Assembly: GCA_040830765.1 (NCBI GenBank) | Contig: JBFOMH010000021.1 | Coordinates: 98,716 to 162,715, forward strand | DNA: 64,000 nucleotides | Origin: Puniceicoccaceae bacterium | Lineage (GTDB): Bacteria > Verrucomicrobiota > Verrucomicrobiia > Opitutales > Oceanipulchritudinaceae | Reading direction: 5' to 3' | Shown: positions 60,952 to 64,000 of the stretch, piece after piece | Numbering within the stretch: the stretch's first letter is position 1 | Layout of the letters: each line of letters opens with the position of its first letter | Notes under the pieces: model-generated | Told to the model about the DNA's origin: nothing | Database searches by the model: none | The model's input: only the letters and a program-made list of their open reading frames with translations | Made by a program: the position numbers and the translations under genes

Positions 60952-63420
60952 TTAAAGCTTCTTTTCCAACCCGTTCAGTGGTTGAAGCTTTCCATCCTTT
61001 TCGTGTAACAGGAATGTCGCTACAGCATGTGCGTTGATGGAACCGGTGTATTGACGGCCGTTGAACTGGATCTTTACACGGGCATTGCTACCGCCTGTTT
61101 CGAGGATACGCAGAACCGTTCCTTTGCCATTCTCGGCAGCTTTAAGGGCCATCACCTGGATGTTTTTCGGTTGGAGTTGGAAGAGAGATCGCTTCCATGG
61201 TTCCGTGCCTGGATGGGGATTGTCCAGCATGTGCTCGGCAGGAATCTGCCATTCCTGGGATTCCCGCTCCAAGGCATCTCCATTGGTTTGTCCCGGGGCT
61301 GCCGTGATCCAGAAACGCCGCTCATGCCACCCCTGGTCAAGGAATGCGACATTGCGCACATCCTTATATTCAAATGGCGGATGCTCGGCATATGGGACAC
61401 CGCGTGCTAAAACCATGCTCAGCTGGCCGGCCTTTCCACTGTAGCTGTAACTGGAGTCGTTCATCAGGCCGAGGTAAACCGGTTTTCCGCGTAGTGTTCC
61501 TTCCAGTGAAACCCAGTCGTGGCAGGGATACTCCCTTCCGTCAGTTGGGCGAACGACCCTTTCAGCTGGCATTTTAGCGATCGTTCGTGTACGCCGCAAT
61601 CGAGTCGGGATAACGAGTTTCAGCTGCTGGCGCTTCTCCTGCCAGTTGAAGCGGAAGCGGATTTCAAGGGTAGGCGTGTGAGTGTAGGTAATGACATCCA
61701 TCCAGATTTCGGAGGATTGCCAGCGTGACTTTTGTCTGACAACGGATACCAGCGCCCCGGACTCGATTACTTCCTTCTCGAGAATCTCCGGTTGGCCGAT
61801 AACGTCATTGTAGGCTTTAATACCGAAGCCCCATGTATTGCCCTCGTCCCTGACGACTACCGTGCCCACCTGATGGGCCAGTAATTGGCCAACACCGTCA
61901 GGACTCCATTTGAGCAGGGCAGGTTCCTTACTTAACAGGGCCTCGGCCTTTCTGGAGTCATTCTTTTGAACCCAAAATTGAGGATTTTTTTCATCCTTAT
62001 CTGAGGAAGGATCGACTGAGGATTTGACGACCGGCTTTGTGACGGTGCGGAATACTTGGTATCCCCCGGCAGGGAGGTTTACAACAGTCGTCAACTTGCC
62101 CCACTTGAGCCCCCAAGGGCCAAAATTTGAGTCGGATTGCATCCATTGGATGGGCACTTTACGACCGGATTTGGTTTCCAGGCCGATGATTTCCTCACGT
62201 CCATTGGGTTCGATGAAAGTATCAAGCTGGACCAGTGCCTTGCGTTGCCAAGGGAGGGGATTGACGGCAAAGAGAACGCTGCCCTTTTCGCTGCGGGTAT
62301 CTACCTTCCGGGCCAATTTGTAGACCGCTTTCATCCGGTGTTCCCTTGCAGTGGTCAGAGTGGACCCGAAGCGACTTCGGGTTTCCTCCTGTGGAAGATA
62401 GGAGCAGGTTCCAGCCAGGATGTCGTGAAACTGATTGAATAGCAAATGCCACCATGCCTCAGCCAAGGCTCTTGGGACGGAGGATTTCCAGTTCGCCAAA
62501 AGGTCCAACGTCTCCGCCCCGAAGAGGGCTTTCTCCGACCAGCGGTGCAATTGCTTGACCTCTCCGGTTGCCGAATAACATCCGGGGAAGAGGAATCCCA
62601 GCTCTTCCCGGATGATTTTCAAATTTCCGCTCTCCGGTGATTTCCTAACTTCGGCCATGAAGTCCCGGACTGTGCTGAACCGGATTTCCGGCAATGAAGC
62701 GTCTTTTTGCAACTCCTTGATTACCGCTATATGTTCCCGTGTCGGTCCACCCCCATGGTTGCCAACACCGAACCACATGACTCCATGGTTGATACCATCA
62801 ACAAAGTTGTTCTTTGCCGCTTCACGCACCACTGTTTCCAATTCCTCCTTACTAATGGCATATGATTGGGAATACTGAACTGGAATGCGGCAAGTGAGGA
62901 CACGGGAACCGTCCTTAGATTCCCACCAGAAGAGGATTGGCAACTTCGGATTGTCCCAAGGCTGGGGCCTCATGAAGGCGTAACCGTCGAAGTCGGTATG
63001 GTTAAGCAACTGGGGCAACCCGCCGCAGTGGCCGAAGGAGTCAGGATTGTAGCCGATGGTGGTTCGTCCTTTGGCACCGAATTCCTTATTAAAAAAGGCC
63101 TTCCCGTAGAGTCCCTGCCGGATGAAGGATTCGGCAGAGGGCAAATTGCAATCGGGTTGTTCAACCCAGCCCCCGATGACTTCCCATCGGTTCATTTTTA
63201 CCAATTGCCGGATGGAATCAAACAAGACTGGGTCCATGTCCCTTGCCCATTTGTAGGTGCAGGCAGAGGAGCGGGTGAACTTGAAGTCAGGCGTTTCGTC
63301 CGCCCGGTCAATCGCACTCTGCATGGTTGTCAGGGCTTCCGCAACACCGTCACGCAGCGGCCACAACCAAACGGGATCCAGGTGGGCCTGAGAGATGAGA
63401 TGGAGAATTTTATTTGGCAT
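60952..63420 (-). CDS. GH38 alpha-mannosidase family
   Basis: AHLDPVWLWP, GGWVEQPDCNLPSAES..RQ, PDSFGH, GVGNHGGGP, NQFHDILAGT. Confidence 0.92.
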   Translation of the reverse strand: MPNKILHLISQAHLDPVWLWPLRDGVAEALTTMQSAIDRADETPDFKFTRSSACTYKWARDMDPVLFDSIRQLVKMNRWEVIGGWVEQPDCNLPSAESFIRQGLYGKAFFNKEFGAKGRTTIGYNPDSFGHCGGLPQLLNHTDFDGYAFMRPQPWDNPKLPILFWWESKDGSRVLTCRIPVQYSQSYAISKEELETVVREAAKNNFVDGINHGVMWFGVGNHGGGPTREHIAVIKELQKDASLPEIRFSTVRDFMAEVRKSPESGNLKIIREELGFLFPGCYSATGEVKQLHRWSEKALFGAETLDLLANWKSSVPRALAEAWWHLLFNQFHDILAGTCSYLPQEETRSRFGSTLTTAREHRMKAVYKLARKVDTRSEKGSVLFAVNPLPWQRKALVQLDTFIEPNGREEIIGLETKSGRKVPIQWMQSDSNFGPWGLKWGKLTTVVNLPAGGYQVFRTVTKPVVKSSVDPSSDKDEKNPQFWVQKNDSRKAEALLSKEPALLKWSPDGVGQLLAHQVGTVVVRDEGNTWGFGIKAYNDVIGQPEILEKEVIESGALVSVVRQKSRWQSSEIWMDVITYTHTPTLEIRFRFNWQEKRQQLKLVIPTRLRRTRTIAKMPAERVVRPTDGREYPCHDWVSLEGTLRGKPVYLGLMNDSSYSYSGKAGQLSMVLARGVPYAEHPPFEYKDVRNVAFLDQGWHERRFWITAAPGQTNGDALERESQEWQIPAEHMLDNPHPGTEPWKRSLFQLQPKNIQVMALKAAENGKGTVLRILETGGSNARVKIQFNGRQYTGSINAHAVATFLLHEKDGKLQPLNGLEKKL

Positions 63421-63799
63421 CAAAGCTGATCTATAATCGGTTCAAATTCCCTCTACCCGATGGTTGCAGTGCAGCGTTCCAGTTTTCCATCTGTACATAT
63501 TTTCCTGGTTGAGTTGGAATCCTTCGCGGTTGGCTGGGTTGCTGGCGGAGTAGGGGCACGGTCGGGCATTTTCATTTGGTGTAGCTCAGCTCATGATTCG
63601 AGGGAATTCCCAAATTGCCCCTTTCGCACGTCTCATTCGTGTTAGCGAATGATGATGACGCCGTTTCAAATATTTACAGGAATTGTGGCATCGGGCCGAT
63701 CATGAACAAACTCTTTTCGCAAATGCGAAGGAAATATAATCCTTGCTTCCATGAACATTGCACCATCCATTGAATTTCCACTAGGAAATGTGATTTCCG

Positions 63800-64000
63800 A
63801 TGACACAGCCTACCCCTGAGACTCCAAAGCCTTCCGGCCACTTGCCATTAGTAACGGACAGCCACCGGCCAACGAAAACGGCGGACCGGGACAAGGTTCC
63901 TGTGGTTGAGAAGGCCATGTATGCCACTGGGAACCAGTCAATGGGCATGGTGAATCAGGTGATTGAGTACCAGGCCCAGCAGGTGCTGGTGTATGGGCTC
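63800..64000 (+). CDS. MFS (GPH-type) sugar transporter, N-terminal fragment
   Basis: Not in the ORF track. Open frame from ATG 63800 to the window end: MTQPTPE...DKVPVVEKAMYATGNQSMGMVNQ...VLVYGL, resembling GPH/MFS_2 N-termini; divergent from the GH cluster. Confidence 0.6.
   Translation, partial: MTQPTPETPKPSGHLPLVTDSHRPTKTADRDKVPVVEKAMYATGNQSMGMVNQVIEYQAQQVLVYGL

Noticed and set aside
63453..63645. Small ORFs upstream of GH38 (40 aa on minus at 63453-63575; 61 aa on plus at 63460-63645)
   Set aside because: No recognisable motif or other support; likely chance ORFs in a promoter region.

Overview
Gene-dense bacterial chromosomal segment. The gene content and protein styles suggest a Verrucomicrobiota/Opitutales-like organism; this is inference only. 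The first ~48 kb is mostly core genes: a TPP riboswitch ahead of a TonB-dependent receptor, a GT4 plus GH13_18 compatible-solute pair, pal, obgE, a PilB/GspE ATPase, murE, gltBD, a Ski2-like helicase, kdsD, a cysteine desulfurase, recF, ruvC, rpsB-tsf, an ECF sigma locus, and a porin-pstSCAB-phoU operon with a Pho-box-like site. The last ~16 kb looks accessory: Nramp-like and CDF transporters, an AbrB/Doc toxin-antitoxin pair, a COG0523 GTPase, a methanol:corrinoid methyltransferase pair (MtaB/MtaC-like), GH151/GH2/GH38 glycoside hydrolases and the start of an MFS sugar transporter. The most notable candidates for undescribed systems are: (1) MtaC-MtaB-COG0523 directly downstream of a glycan-degradation cluster; (2) two tandem receiver plus degenerate sigma54-activator proteins followed by a stand-alone PilB-N-like protein and PilB; (3) an ECF sigma/anti-sigma locus whose HtrA-like partner has lost all three catalytic residues; (4) a histone-H1-like Lys/Ala repeat fused to a CBM20-like domain. 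No rRNA, tRNA, CRISPR array or transposase was recognised. All calls come from motif recognition by eye; no database searches were run.
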